From an uncultured Chloroflexia bacterium (GTDB taxonomy: Bacteria > Chloroflexota > Limnocylindria > Limnocylindrales > CSP1-4), in contig CAVTML010000002.1 in NCBI GenBank assembly GCA_963735865.1, positions 1,811,871 to 1,875,870 on the forward strand: 64,000 nt of DNA, written 5' to 3'. Position numbers and translations under genes: made by a program. The notes beneath the pieces were generated by a model. That model ran no database searches and had not been told where the DNA came from. It worked only from the letters and a program-made list of their open reading frames with translations. The first letter of the stretch is position 1. Each line of letters begins with the position of its first letter. Shown piece after piece: positions 1 to 9,350 of the stretch.

Positions 1-236
1 CGGATGCGCTGGACGCAGGCCGGCGACCTGATGCTCCTCGGTACTTTCGACACGGATCGGGGCAGGTGGTCGACTTCGAGGAGCTCATCGGCTCGCATGG
101 CGGCCTCGGCGGCTGGCAGACCGACCCGTTCCTGCTGTCGCCCGCGGCCTGGCAGCCGGCGGCCGACCCGCTCGAGGGGGCTCCCGCCGTCTACACGCAG
201 CTCCGCACCTGGCTCGCGGCCCTGAAGGCCGTCTGA
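1..236 (+). pseudogene. 3' end of an alkaline-phosphatase-superfamily (type I phosphodiesterase/nucleotide pyrophosphatase-like) gene, cut by the window edge, with one frame break
   Basis: Frame 1 reads ...AGDLMLLGTFDTDRG. Frame 3 continues QVVDFEELIGSHGGLGGWQTDPFLLSPAAW...LKAV* (stop 234-236). GSHGGLGG is typical of this family. The switch falls at the G-run 59-62. Confidence 0.45.
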
Positions 237-284
237 CCGTTCGGTGGCCTCACGTGGCCACGCGGAGGGCTCTGCGCCCCGCAC

Positions 285-346
285 TGATGCTCGGGCCCGC
301 GAAATCCTCCGAACCCTCCCGCCTGATGCGCTCGAGGTCATCACGG
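285..346. repeat. copy A of an intergenic repeat of about 62 nt (partner at 12196-12257)
   Basis: An ungapped hand alignment gives 46 of 62 identical positions, and 31 of the last 36. The shared core is GAACCCTCC...CTGATGCGCTCGA.GTCATCA. Confidence 0.6.
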
Positions 347-566
347 TGACGTTGACCTGGGGGGTCAGCCCGTTCTGACCTGGCAGGTTCGTATCGGACG
401 CAATTCGGCTGGCGAAGGCCCGGATCCGTCAGAAGCTGACCTGCCAGGACACGAAACTGCGAGATACGACCAATTCGCGCGTCCACCAGCCATGTCCCTG
501 TCCGTTACCACCCTCCCAGGTCAGGAGGCGCAGGCGCAGGCGATGGAGCGTCGCGGGCGCCCAGCG

Positions 567-992
567 CTAGATCCTCGTGATGCGCACCACCGCCAGCTCG
601 CGCGGCGCCGCCTTGCGCTCGTAGTCGCCGAAGATCGGCACACGGGCGATGCGGGCGTCCAGGAGTCGGCGCCGTTCCGCTCCGCCGGTCGGCACGGCCC
701 GCGCCTGGAATGAGTCGGTGCCCACCTGGACGGTGACGATCGGGTTGGCCGCGATGTTGGCCAGCCACGCGGGCTGCTTGTCCAGGCCGCTGTTGGAGCC
801 CACCACGATGTAGTCGGTGCCGTCCGGGTCGTAGCCCAGCGGCACGGTGTGCTTCTCGCTCGTGTGCGCGCCGATCGTGGTCATCAGGAGCAACCGGCTC
901 CCGGCCAGCCGGCCCAGGGTGATCTGCCCGGCATGGTCGTGGAAGTCGCGGATGATCGCCTCGTTCCAGTCGAGTTCCCGACCGTCAGCCAT
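567..992 (-). CDS. deazaflavin (F420)-dependent nitroreductase family protein (Ddn-like)
   Basis: Intact 141-aa ORF. Motifs: WNEAIIRDFHDHAG...LLLMTTIGAHTSEKHTVPLGY...VVGSNSGLDKQPAWLANIAANP.VTVQVG, characteristic of the PF04075-type family. Confidence 0.8.
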   Translation of the reverse strand: MADGRELDWNEAIIRDFHDHAGQITLGRLAGSRLLLMTTIGAHTSEKHTVPLGYDPDGTDYIVVGSNSGLDKQPAWLANIAANPIVTVQVGTDSFQARAVPTGGAERRRLLDARIARVPIFGDYERKAAPRELAVVRITRI

Positions 993-1014
993 GGTTCCAA
1001 CCTACCATGACCCG

Positions 1015-1902
1015 ATGAAGACCGAGCGGATCGAGGTGGCGCCGGGCGTCGAGCTGACGGCCGATCGTTGGGCGCCCGCGCCGTGCCGGCCCATCCGCCG
1101 CGCAAGAGCCTGCGCCGACCTTCCTGCTGGTTCACGGCCTGGCCTCCAACGCCCGCATGTGGGACGGCGTGGCTCAGGCGCTCACGGCCATGGGCCACCC
1201 AGTGGTCACGGTCGACCTGCGCGGCCACGGCCGCTCCTCCAAACCGGACGACGGCTACGACGTGCCCCGGGTCGCGGACGACCTCGTCGCCCTGATCGAG
1301 CGGATGGGTCTGGATCGGCCCATCGCCGCCGGGCAGTCGTGGGGTGGCAACGTCGTGCTGCAGCTGGCGCCTCAAGCCACCCCGACGCCGTCCGGGGCAT
1401 CGCCCTGGTCGACGGCGGGTGGATCGAACTGTCCGAGGGCTTCCCCAAGCTGGCCGACTGCCTCGTGGCGCTCGCCCCGCCCCACCTGGCGGGCAGGCCG
1501 CTCAAGGAGGTGGAGGGCTACATCCGCTCGGCCCATGCCGACTGGCCCGAGAGCGGCATCCAGGGCACGCTCGGTAACTTCGAGGTGAGGCCGGACGGCA
1601 CCATCGCGCCGTGGCTCACGTATGACCGCCACCTGGTCGTGCTGCGCGGCCTGTGGGAGCACCATCCGGTCGCGCTCTATGCCGGCCTGAAGGTCCCGGC
1701 CCTGCTCATCCCGGCCGAGGACGGACCGCAGGACGCGTCCCACTGGGCCGGTCGGAAGCGGGCGGCGGTGGAGGTGGCCCAGGCGACCATCCCGCACGCC
1801 CGCACGCACTGGATGACGGGTGATCACGACCTCCATGCCCAGCACCCGGCGGAGGTGGCGCTGCTGCTCCACGAGCTGGCCACGGAGGGCGTGGCGCCGT
1901 GA
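1015..1902 (+). pseudogene. alpha/beta-fold hydrolase, two frame breaks (about 1080 and about 1378)
   Basis: MKTERIEVAPGVELTADRW (frame 1), then PTFLLVHGLASNARMWDGVAQAL...VDLRGHGRS...AAGQSWGGNVVLQLA (frame 2; nucleophile-elbow-like GQSWGG), then HPDAVRGIALVDGGW...HWMTGDHDLHAQHP (frame 1). Confidence 0.75.
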
Positions 1903-3169
1903 GCGCCCCTCGCATCCTCGCGATCATGGGCTCGGGCGAGACCGCGCCGGCCATGGCCAAGGTGCATCGGGCGCTCCTGGAACGGCTGGGCGACCCCGCC
2001 GCACCGGCCACGTTGATCGACACCCCGTACGGCTTCCAGGAGAACGCGGACGAGCTGTCGGCCCGCATCGTGGCCTACTTCGCCGCGAGCGTCGGGCACG
2101 CCCTGAGCGTGGCGACGTTCCGGACGCGGGATGCGGACGCACTGGCGACATCGACCGCCCTGGCCCTGATCCGCGAAGCTCGCTTCGTGCTGGCCGGGCC
2201 GGGCAGCCCCAGCTACGCGTTGCGCCACTGGGCGGATGGCCCCATCCCGGGCGCCCTGGCCGACAAGCTAGCCAACGGCGGCATCGTGACGGTGGCCAGC
2301 GCCGCGGCCCTCACCGTCGGCGTCGTGACCGTGCCGGTGTACGAGATCTACAAGGTCGGCGACGACCCCCACTGGCTCGATGGGCTGGACCTGCTGGGTC
2401 AGTCGACCGGCCTGCAAGGCTGCCGTCGTGCCGCACTACGACAACGCCGAGGGCGGCACGCACGACACGCGCTTCTGCTATCTCGGCGAGCGGCGCCTGC
2501 GGGTGCTGGAGGCGGCCCTCCCAGCGGGTGCGTTCGTGCTCGGCGTGGACGGCCACACGGCCCTCGTGCTGGACCTGGAACGGGGAACGGCGAGCGTGGC
2601 CGGCCTCGGCGGCGTCACCGTGCGGGCGCAGGGCCGCAGCGTCGTCTTCCCCAGCGGCACCGAGACCACGATCGAGGCCCTGGCCGAGTCGGCGCGCACG
2701 ATCGGGCGGTCGACCGGGCTGGCTCCCGGGCGCGGCACCCGCGACGGTCTTCGCCGCGGGGACGGCGCCGGCCGCGAGAGGCTCCCTGCCCGACACCGTC
2801 GCGCATCGCGAGGGCGCCTTCGTGCAGGCGCTGGAGGCCCACGATGCACGCGCCGCGGCGGCCGCGCTGCTGGAGCTGGATTCGGACATCGAGGGCCACC
2901 TGCGCGCCGGCGAGGACAGCCCCGACCTGGACAGTGCTCGAGCCACGTTCCGGGCCCTGCTCGTGCGGCTCGCGGGCGCGGCAGAAGCTGGCGTTCGGGA
3001 CCCACGCGAAGCCGTGGATCCGTTCGTCGAAGCGCTGCTGGACCTGCGTGCGCGAGCCCGCGCGGCCCAGGATTGGTCAGCCGCCGACCTGATCCGGGAC
3101 CGACTGACCGACGCCGGCGTCGAGGTCCACGACGGGGACAGCGGGTCGACCTGGGAGCTGCGCGCCTGA
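1899..3169 (+). pseudogene. peptidase S51/cyanophycinase-like (class I amidotransferase-like) domain fused to a CysRS/MshC-type C-terminal helical domain, two frame breaks (about 2400 and about 2740)
   Basis: N-terminus MSAPRILAIMGSGETAP...FVLAGPGSPSYAL. Middle AAVVPHYDNAEGGTHDTRFCYLGERRL. C-terminus RARARAAQDWSAADLIRDRLTDAGVEVHDGDSGSTWELRA resembles the cysteinyl-tRNA synthetase C-terminal end. The GTG start overlaps the upstream stop (GTGA at 1899-1902). Confidence 0.6.
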
Positions 3170-6100
3170 CACCTGGCGCGCCATCGCGGCATCGAGACGT
3201 TCGACGAACGGCCGTGCGCCCACTCGCACCAGGCCATCCCGGACGGCCGCCGCGGCGGCCTGGACCTCCGGGTGTGCCGGGTCCAGGACGGTCGCCATGT
3301 CGATCGCGACGAGGGCAGCTTCCCAGAGGACGCCCAGCTCCTCCAGGCCACGCATGACGGGCCGGTACAGGGCGAGCGCCGCGTCCGCGTCGCCCTCCAT
3401 GGCCGCGATCCCCGCCCGCATCGACCGCCGCTGGAGCTCGGTCAGGGTAGCGTGAAGGCCGGCCGCGTCCAGGTCGCGCAGAGCCGCCCTGGCCCCTTCG
3501 AGCGTCGCCCAGCCAGAGGGCACAGTGGCCGATGTTGGGGAGGCTCCACTTGGCCTCGCCACTGTCGATCTCGACCTCCTCGCGCCAGATCCGCATCGCA
3601 TCGGCCAGGCGGCCCGTGGCGAAGGCGACCAGCCCCTCGACGTCAAGCCTGGCCTTGCGTGCTTCCATTGCGTCCATCTGCGCGTAGAGCGGCTCGAAGG
3701 TGGCGAGCTGCGCGCGGACATCCTCGCCCCGGCACGCCGTGACCGTGACGACGGTCGAGGTGGCGAGGACCCGTTCACCTGGGGCCAGGTCCATCTGGAT
3801 GACCGGCTCCGCCACGGTGAGGGCCTGCTCCCAATCCATGCCCTGCATCGCGCTGTACGCAGCCCCTCCTGAGAGCAGGACCATGGTCCCCTTGTCGCCG
3901 ACGCGCTGGGCCAGTGCCAACCCCTCCCGAGCCGCGGCGGACCCGTGCGCCGGGTCCTCGTGCCAGCTGTTCACGGCGGTGTTATTGAGCGCCCGCATGA
4001 GCGTTGAGGTCAGCCCCTCGTCGCGGGCCATCCGTTCGCCGATCGCGATGACGCCCAGACCTTCCCGGTAGCGGCCCAGAGCGCACAGCGCTGAGCCACG
4101 AGTCACGAGCGCGTCGGCCAGGATCGACCGCAGGTCGCCCCGCTCGGCCGCCTCCAGGACCCGGTCGACCACCTCGACCGCCTCGCGGTTCTCGTCCATG
4201 AAGAACAGGGCGCGGGCGAGCTGGGCTTCCAGGGCCACAAACGGGGGCGTCCCCGCCTGATCGGCGTACGTGGCGATGGCCTCAACGGCCAGGTCCTTCG
4301 CGAAATGGGTTCGCCGCGCGTCGAGCGCGACGCGGGCCCTGACCGCGACGTCGGCCATGCCGACCGCTCGATCTCCCCGCTCGAGGTGGATGTCGACCGC
4401 CTGCCCAAGGGCCTCCAGCGCCAGGTCGTAGCGACTTGCGGTGCCGGCGGCTGAGCCGAGGCGCTCCAGGAGATCGGCTCGCTGGGCCGGGTCGGCCGTG
4501 ACCTCCAGGGCCTGCTCAAGGAACCGGACCGCCTGTTCGGGCGCACCCAGGGCCATCGCCCGATCGGCGGCCCCCCGCAACGCGAGGCGGGCCTGGCCGG
4601 CCAGCGCGTCGGCCTCGGGGCCGGGCTGGGCGTGCTGGTGTGCGGCCAGGTAGTGGCCGGCGAGGGCGCCGGCCAGCTCGTCGCTGCCCAGCGACTCGAA
4701 GAAGCGCGCGGCGGCGAGGTGTTTCGTCTTGCGGTCGTTGCGGGCGAGGGTCCCGTAGGCGACCTCGCGGATGAGGGCCTGGACGAAGCCGTACTGGCCC
4801 CGCTCGGGGCTGCGCGGGTCGTCCTGGACGGCCAGGATCTCCTGGCGCACGAGCGCCCGCAGCCGCGGCTCCAGAGTCGCCTCGTCCGTGCCGGTGATCG
4901 CCGCCAGGGCCGCCGGGGTGAAGCTCTGCCCGAGCACGGCGGCGTCCTGGACCAGGGCCCGGTCGGCCGGCGGGAGGGCATCCAGGCGGCTGGCGATGAG
5001 GGCGGTGAGCGTCTCCGGCACGGCCAGCGTGGTGAGATCACCGTGCGGGACGTACGCGTCACCTTCCAGGACCAGCCGACCCTCCGCCACGAGCATCCGG
5101 ACCGTCTCCACGGCGTACAGGGGCATGCCGTCCGCGCGAGCGACGATCGCCTTCACCGCCGCGTCGGGGAGACCGGGCACGAGACCGGCGAGGAGCTGGC
5201 GCATCGCGGCGGGCGGCAGCGGATCCAGGCTGAGGCTGACGAAGCTGCGCTTGCCGGCACCCCAGTCGGGTCGGCGTTCGAGCAGCTCGGGACGCGACAG
5301 CGTCACGACGTAGATCGCGTGGCCGCGCGACCACTCCACGAGATGGTCCACGAAGTCGATCAGGCCGGGATCGGCGTAGTGGAAGTCCTCGAAGACGAGG
5401 ACGACCGGTGCCGTCGCGGCAAGCCGCTCGAAGAACGTGCGCCAGGCCCCGAAGAGCTGCTCCGGGCTGGCCGCGGTCTCCACCCCCAGGAGGGCCAGGA
5501 GGGCGGGCTCGATCCATGTCCGTTCTTCGGCGTCGGGCACGTGCGTGGCGAGCATCTCGGCGACCTTCGCCCGGGTCGTCGCCTCGTCATCGGTCTCCAG
5601 GAGGCCGGCCCGGCGGCGGACCATCTCGCCCAGGGCCCAGAAGCTGATCCCGTCGCCGTAGGCCGGTGAGCGGCCGTCGTGATACCAGACCGTGTCCACG
5701 AGGCCGTCCAGGTAGCGCAGGAACTCCCAGGCCAGCCGGGTCTTGCCGATGCCTGCCGGACCGATGACGCTGACCAGGCGCGGCCGAGCCTCCCGGGTCG
5801 TGGCGTGGAACAGGTCCTTGACCAGCCGCAGCTCATCCTCGCGGCCGACGAACGGCGCCTCGAGGACGTCGGCGTGCTTGCGGCCACCGACGTCGGCGAT
5901 GACTCGCACGGCCCGCCACGCGGCGACCGGCGCGGCCTTGCCCTTGAGGCTCTGCTCACCCGCCGGCTCGAACGCGATCGCCCTGGCCGCCGCCCGCTGG
6001 GTCGCCTCGCCCACGAGCACCGCACCGGGAGCCGCCGCACCCTGCAGGCGGCTGGCTGTGTTCACGAGGTCGCCGGCGACCATGCCCTGGTTCGTCGCGC

Positions 6101-6644
6101 CGATCGTCACCGCGGCCTCGCCGGTCAGGACGCCGGCGCGCGCCTGGAGGGTCGGGCCAAGGTTGCGCACCGCGTCGACCAGCTCCAGGCCTGCCCGCAC
6201 GGCCCGGATGGCATCGTCCTCGTGCGCCGTAGGGGCGCCCCAGACGGCCATCACCGCGTCACCGATGAACTTCTCGACCGTGCCGCCATACCGGCCGATG
6301 ACGTCGCGGGCGAGGTCGAAGTAGCGGCTCAGGAGTTCCCGCGTCTCTTCCGGGTCGCGGCCGTCGGCCATCGCGGTCGAGCCGACCAGGTCGGCGAAGA
6401 GGATCGAGACGAGGCGCCGCTCGGCGACCGGGCCCACTGGCGCAGGACCGGCGCCGGGTGCTGACGTGACCGCGGACGCGGCGGGGGCACTGGCCACGAG
6501 TGGGCTGGCGCATTCGGCGCAGAACTTGGCGGTCGGCGCGTTGGCCGTGCCACAGGTGGCACAGACGATGGCCAGGCGCGACGCGCACTCGGTACAGAAC
6601 TTGGCGCCGGCCGGATTCTCGGTCCCGCAGTTGGAGCAGATCAT
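3077..6644 (-). pseudogene. double zinc-ribbon + class III adenylate/guanylate cyclase + AAA/STAND ATPase + TPR-like repeat protein, one frame break near 3515
   Basis: MICSNCGTENPAGAKFCTEC...CATCGTANAPTAKFCAEC; cyclase core LFADLVGST...KFIGDAVMAVWGAP; Walker A GPAGIGKTRL; long helical-repeat C-terminus. The C-terminal end continues in ORF 3077..3778 (LEGARAALRDLD...). Confidence 0.85.
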
Positions 6645-6714
6645 CGAACGGTCAGCCTATCCCAACGCGGTCACGCGGGGAACCCGTCCGGACGGATCGT
6701 CCTGGGTTGGGCCC

Positions 6715-7704
6715 TACGCGTTGCTGGACTGGACCCAGAGGTTGACACCGCCTTCGACCGCGAACCGGTCGATCTCGGTCAGCTCATCCGGTGTGAAGGC
6801 CAGCCGGTGGAGCGCTGCCAGGTTGTCATCCAACTGCGCGACCGAGCTGGCTCCGATGAGCGCGGAGGCGACGCGCGGGTCGCGCAACGTCCAGGCGATG
6901 GCCAGCTGGGCGAGCGTCTGCCCCGGCCGCGCGCGATCTCGCGGAGTCCCCGGGCGTTGGCCAGGTTCGCCGGCGTGAGCAGATCGCGACTGAAGGAACC
7001 CTCACGCGCGGCCCGCGAATCGGCGGGCACGCCGTCCAGGTAGCGGTCGGTCAGCAGGCCCTGGGCCAGCGGCGAGAACGCGATCGCGCCCATCCCCTCC
7101 TCCGCCAGGACGTCGAGCAGCTCGGGCTCGATCCAGCGATTGAGCATCGAGTAGGACGGCTGATGGATGACCGGCGGCGTGCCGAGCGCCCGCAGGATCG
7201 CCACCGCGTCCCGCGTCCGCTGCGCGGAGTAGGAGGAGATGCCCACGTACAGGGCCTTGCCCTGCCGGACGGCGGCATCGAGCGCCCCCATCGTCTCCTC
7301 CAGCGGCGTGTTCGGGTCGACGCGGTGGGAGTAGAAGAGGTCCACGTACTCGAGACCCATCCGCTTGAGGCTCTGGTCCAGGCTGGCCAGGAGGTACTTG
7401 CGCGACCCGCCATCGCCGTACGGCCCGGGCCACATGTCGTAGCCCGCCTTGGTCGAGATGATCAGCTCATCCCGATAGGACCGCAGGTCCGAGCTGCAGG
7501 ATGCGCCCGAAGTTGGCCTCGGCCGAGCCGTAGGGCGGGCCGTAGTTGTTGGCCAGGTCGAAGTGGGTGACGCCGCGGTCGAAGGCGCGCCGGATGATGG
7601 CCCGCTGGGTGGCGAGCGGCCGTTCGTTCGCCGAAGTTCTGCCACAGGCCCAGCGAGATGGCCGGCAACCGCAGGCCACTCGTGCCCACGCGCCGGTACG
7701 GCAT
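6715..7704 (-). pseudogene. aldo/keto reductase (YghZ/Kv-beta-like subgroup), three frame breaks
   Basis: MPYRRVGTSGLRLPAISLGLWQNFG / NERPLATQRAIIRRAFDRGVTHFDLANNYGPPYGSAEANFGRIL / DLRSYRDELIISTKAGYDMWPGPYG...YVDLFYSHRVDP...IHQPSYSMLNRW / GQTLAQLAIAWTLRDPRVASALIGASSVAQLDDN...* (stop 6715-6717). Confidence 0.8.
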
Positions 7705-7759
7705 CGACTCCGTAGCGATCCTGGGCCGGAACGTAGGGCTCGTGACATCACCTCAGACT

Positions 7760-8713
7760 CTACGTCCCAACGAGCCGTTCCACCACTGGTGCCAGGTCGT
7801 CGATCTCGCCGGTCATGAACGAGCTGATGCCGAGCCGCTCGCGCAGGTCCTGGATCTTCGCCACTAGGCCGTCGACCGAGCCGATGAAGACGTGCGGCGA
7901 CTCCAGGACCTCGTCCTCGGACAGCTCGTAGCCGGTGCGCTTGAGGAGCCGGTCGCGGATCCTGGCCGCCTCGGCCCGGGCGTGGTCGGTGATGAGCACC
8001 GGCGAGCCCGACGGGTAGACGTTGAATTCCAGGCTGTCGAACCGGTCGCCGGCGGCGGCACGCACCCACTCGATCTTCTCGGCCGCGGCGGCGAACGTGA
8101 GGCTGGGCGGATCGGTCCGTTCGCCGCGGAGCACGCGCGGCGCGAGGCCCACGATGTCCGCTTCGCGGGCCGCCAACTCCAGCGTGCGCCGCCCGCCGCC
8201 GCCGATCAGGAACGGCGGATGCGGCTTCTGCACCGGCTTGGGCTGGCCGTCGTAGTCGGTGATCTGGTAGTGCTCGCCAGCGTACGTGAACGGCCCCTCG
8301 GCGAAGCAGCCCTTGAGGAGGGCGACCGCCTCCACCAGGCGCGCCACGCGAGCCGGGACCGGGTCGAACGCGAGGCCGATCTGGTCGAACTCGGGCTTGT
8401 TCCAGCCGGCCCCGATGCCCACCTGAAGCCGACCGCCGCTCAGCACGTCGATCGTGGCCAGGTCCTGCGCCAGCACGGCCGGGTGGCGGAGCTCGTTGTT
8501 CAGCACGAACGTGCCCACCCGGAGCCGCGTGGTGGCCACGGCCATGGCGGTCATGGCCGGGATCGGGGCGAGCTGTTCGATCAGGTGGTCGGTGACCATG
8601 AGCACGCTGTAGCCCATGGCTTCGGCGCGTCTGGCGGTCGCGGCGAGCGCGTCTCCCGACGCGATCGACCCCGCCTCTGCCATGAACCGGAATGGCCGCA
8701 TGGACCGGATCAT
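7760..8713 (-). CDS. LLM-class (luciferase-like) F420-dependent oxidoreductase
   Basis: Intact. MIRSMRPFRF...VTDHL...LRVGTFVLNNELRHPAVLAQDLATIDVLSGGRLQVGIGAGW...KPHPPFLIGGGGRRTL. ATG at 8713 overlaps the upstream GNAT stop (ATGA). Confidence 0.8.
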   Translation of the reverse strand: MIRSMRPFRFMAEAGSIASGDALAATARRAEAMGYSVLMVTDHLIEQLAPIPAMTAMAVATTRLRVGTFVLNNELRHPAVLAQDLATIDVLSGGRLQVGIGAGWNKPEFDQIGLAFDPVPARVARLVEAVALLKGCFAEGPFTYAGEHYQITDYDGQPKPVQKPHPPFLIGGGGRRTLELAAREADIVGLAPRVLRGERTDPPSLTFAAAAEKIEWVRAAAGDRFDSLEFNVYPSGSPVLITDHARAEAARIRDRLLKRTGYELSEDEVLESPHVFIGSVDGLVAKIQDLRERLGISSFMTGEIDDLAPVVERLVGT

Positions 8714-9273
8714 CGCGGCGTGGCCTCCCACTGCTCGCGCGTGAGGGCGTACTCGACGTCGCCGTGCTCCTCGCCCTCGATGCGGTCCGGCCACGGCTCG
8801 TGGAAGACCCGGATGAAGCGTAGCCCGGCCTTCTCCATGACGCGCCGCGAGGCCACGTTGACGACCATCGTCGTCGCGTACACCCGGCCAGCGCCAAGTT
8901 CCCGGAAGGCCTTCTGGATCAGCGCGCGGCTGCCCTCGGTCGCGTACCCCTGACCCCAGGCCGACGCCATCAGGCGATAGCCAAGCTCCGGTTCGTCGTC
9001 GGGATCGCCCTTGTTGGGCCGGAGGTGGAACCAGCCCAGGTACGTGCCGGTGCGCTTCTCGATCGCCGCCCAGAAGCCATACCGATCGCCCCGCTTGTAG
9101 TAAGCCATCCAGCCGGGCAGGTAGTAGTCGCGGATCTCCTCGCGGGGCGTGGGCCGGCCGCCGTTGATGTACCGCATGACGGCTGGGTCGGCATCGAGCG
9201 CCGTCGCGAGGTCCACGTCGTCGGCCGTGAACCGACGCAGGATCAGACGGTCGGTCTCCAGGTAGACGTGCAC
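8710..9273 (-). CDS. GNAT family N-acetyltransferase (RimJ/RimL-like)
   Basis: Intact 187 aa. LETDRLILRRFTADD...GWFHL...ELGYRLMASAWGQGYATEGSRALI...VMEKAGLRF. Confidence 0.85.
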   Translation of the reverse strand: MHVYLETDRLILRRFTADDVDLATALDADPAVMRYINGGRPTPREEIRDYYLPGWMAYYKRGDRYGFWAAIEKRTGTYLGWFHLRPNKGDPDDEPELGYRLMASAWGQGYATEGSRALIQKAFRELGAGRVYATTMVVNVASRRVMEKAGLRFIRVFHEPWPDRIEGEEHGDVEYALTREQWEATPR

Positions 9274-9350
9274 CGCGCGATGCTAGCCGCCGCCAAAGAC
9301 CCGCTCGTGGACGGCGCGCGTACCATCAGCGTGAGAAGGAGCCTCGCGCG

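Noticed and set aside
355-450. ZTP or guanidine-III riboswitch (CUGGCGAAGGCCCGG, CCAGGACACGAAAC)
   Set aside because: The diagnostic CCGCCUGGGC (ZTP) and ACCGGACG...AGGACAA (guanidine-III) blocks are not present.
250-486. 78-aa minus-strand ORF in the gap between convergent genes
   Set aside because: It has no recognisable motif and no ribosome-binding site, and it overlaps the repeated element and hairpins. It is more likely non-coding.
3077-3169. 93-nt convergent overlap between the cyclase-STAND gene tail and the CysRS-like domain gene
   Set aside because: The plus-strand reading here is clearly genuine. The minus-strand tail (..QLPGRPAVPVVDLDAG..) is probably read-through caused by lack of stops in antisense high-GC DNA, or by another small indel. 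It is not evidence for functional overlap.
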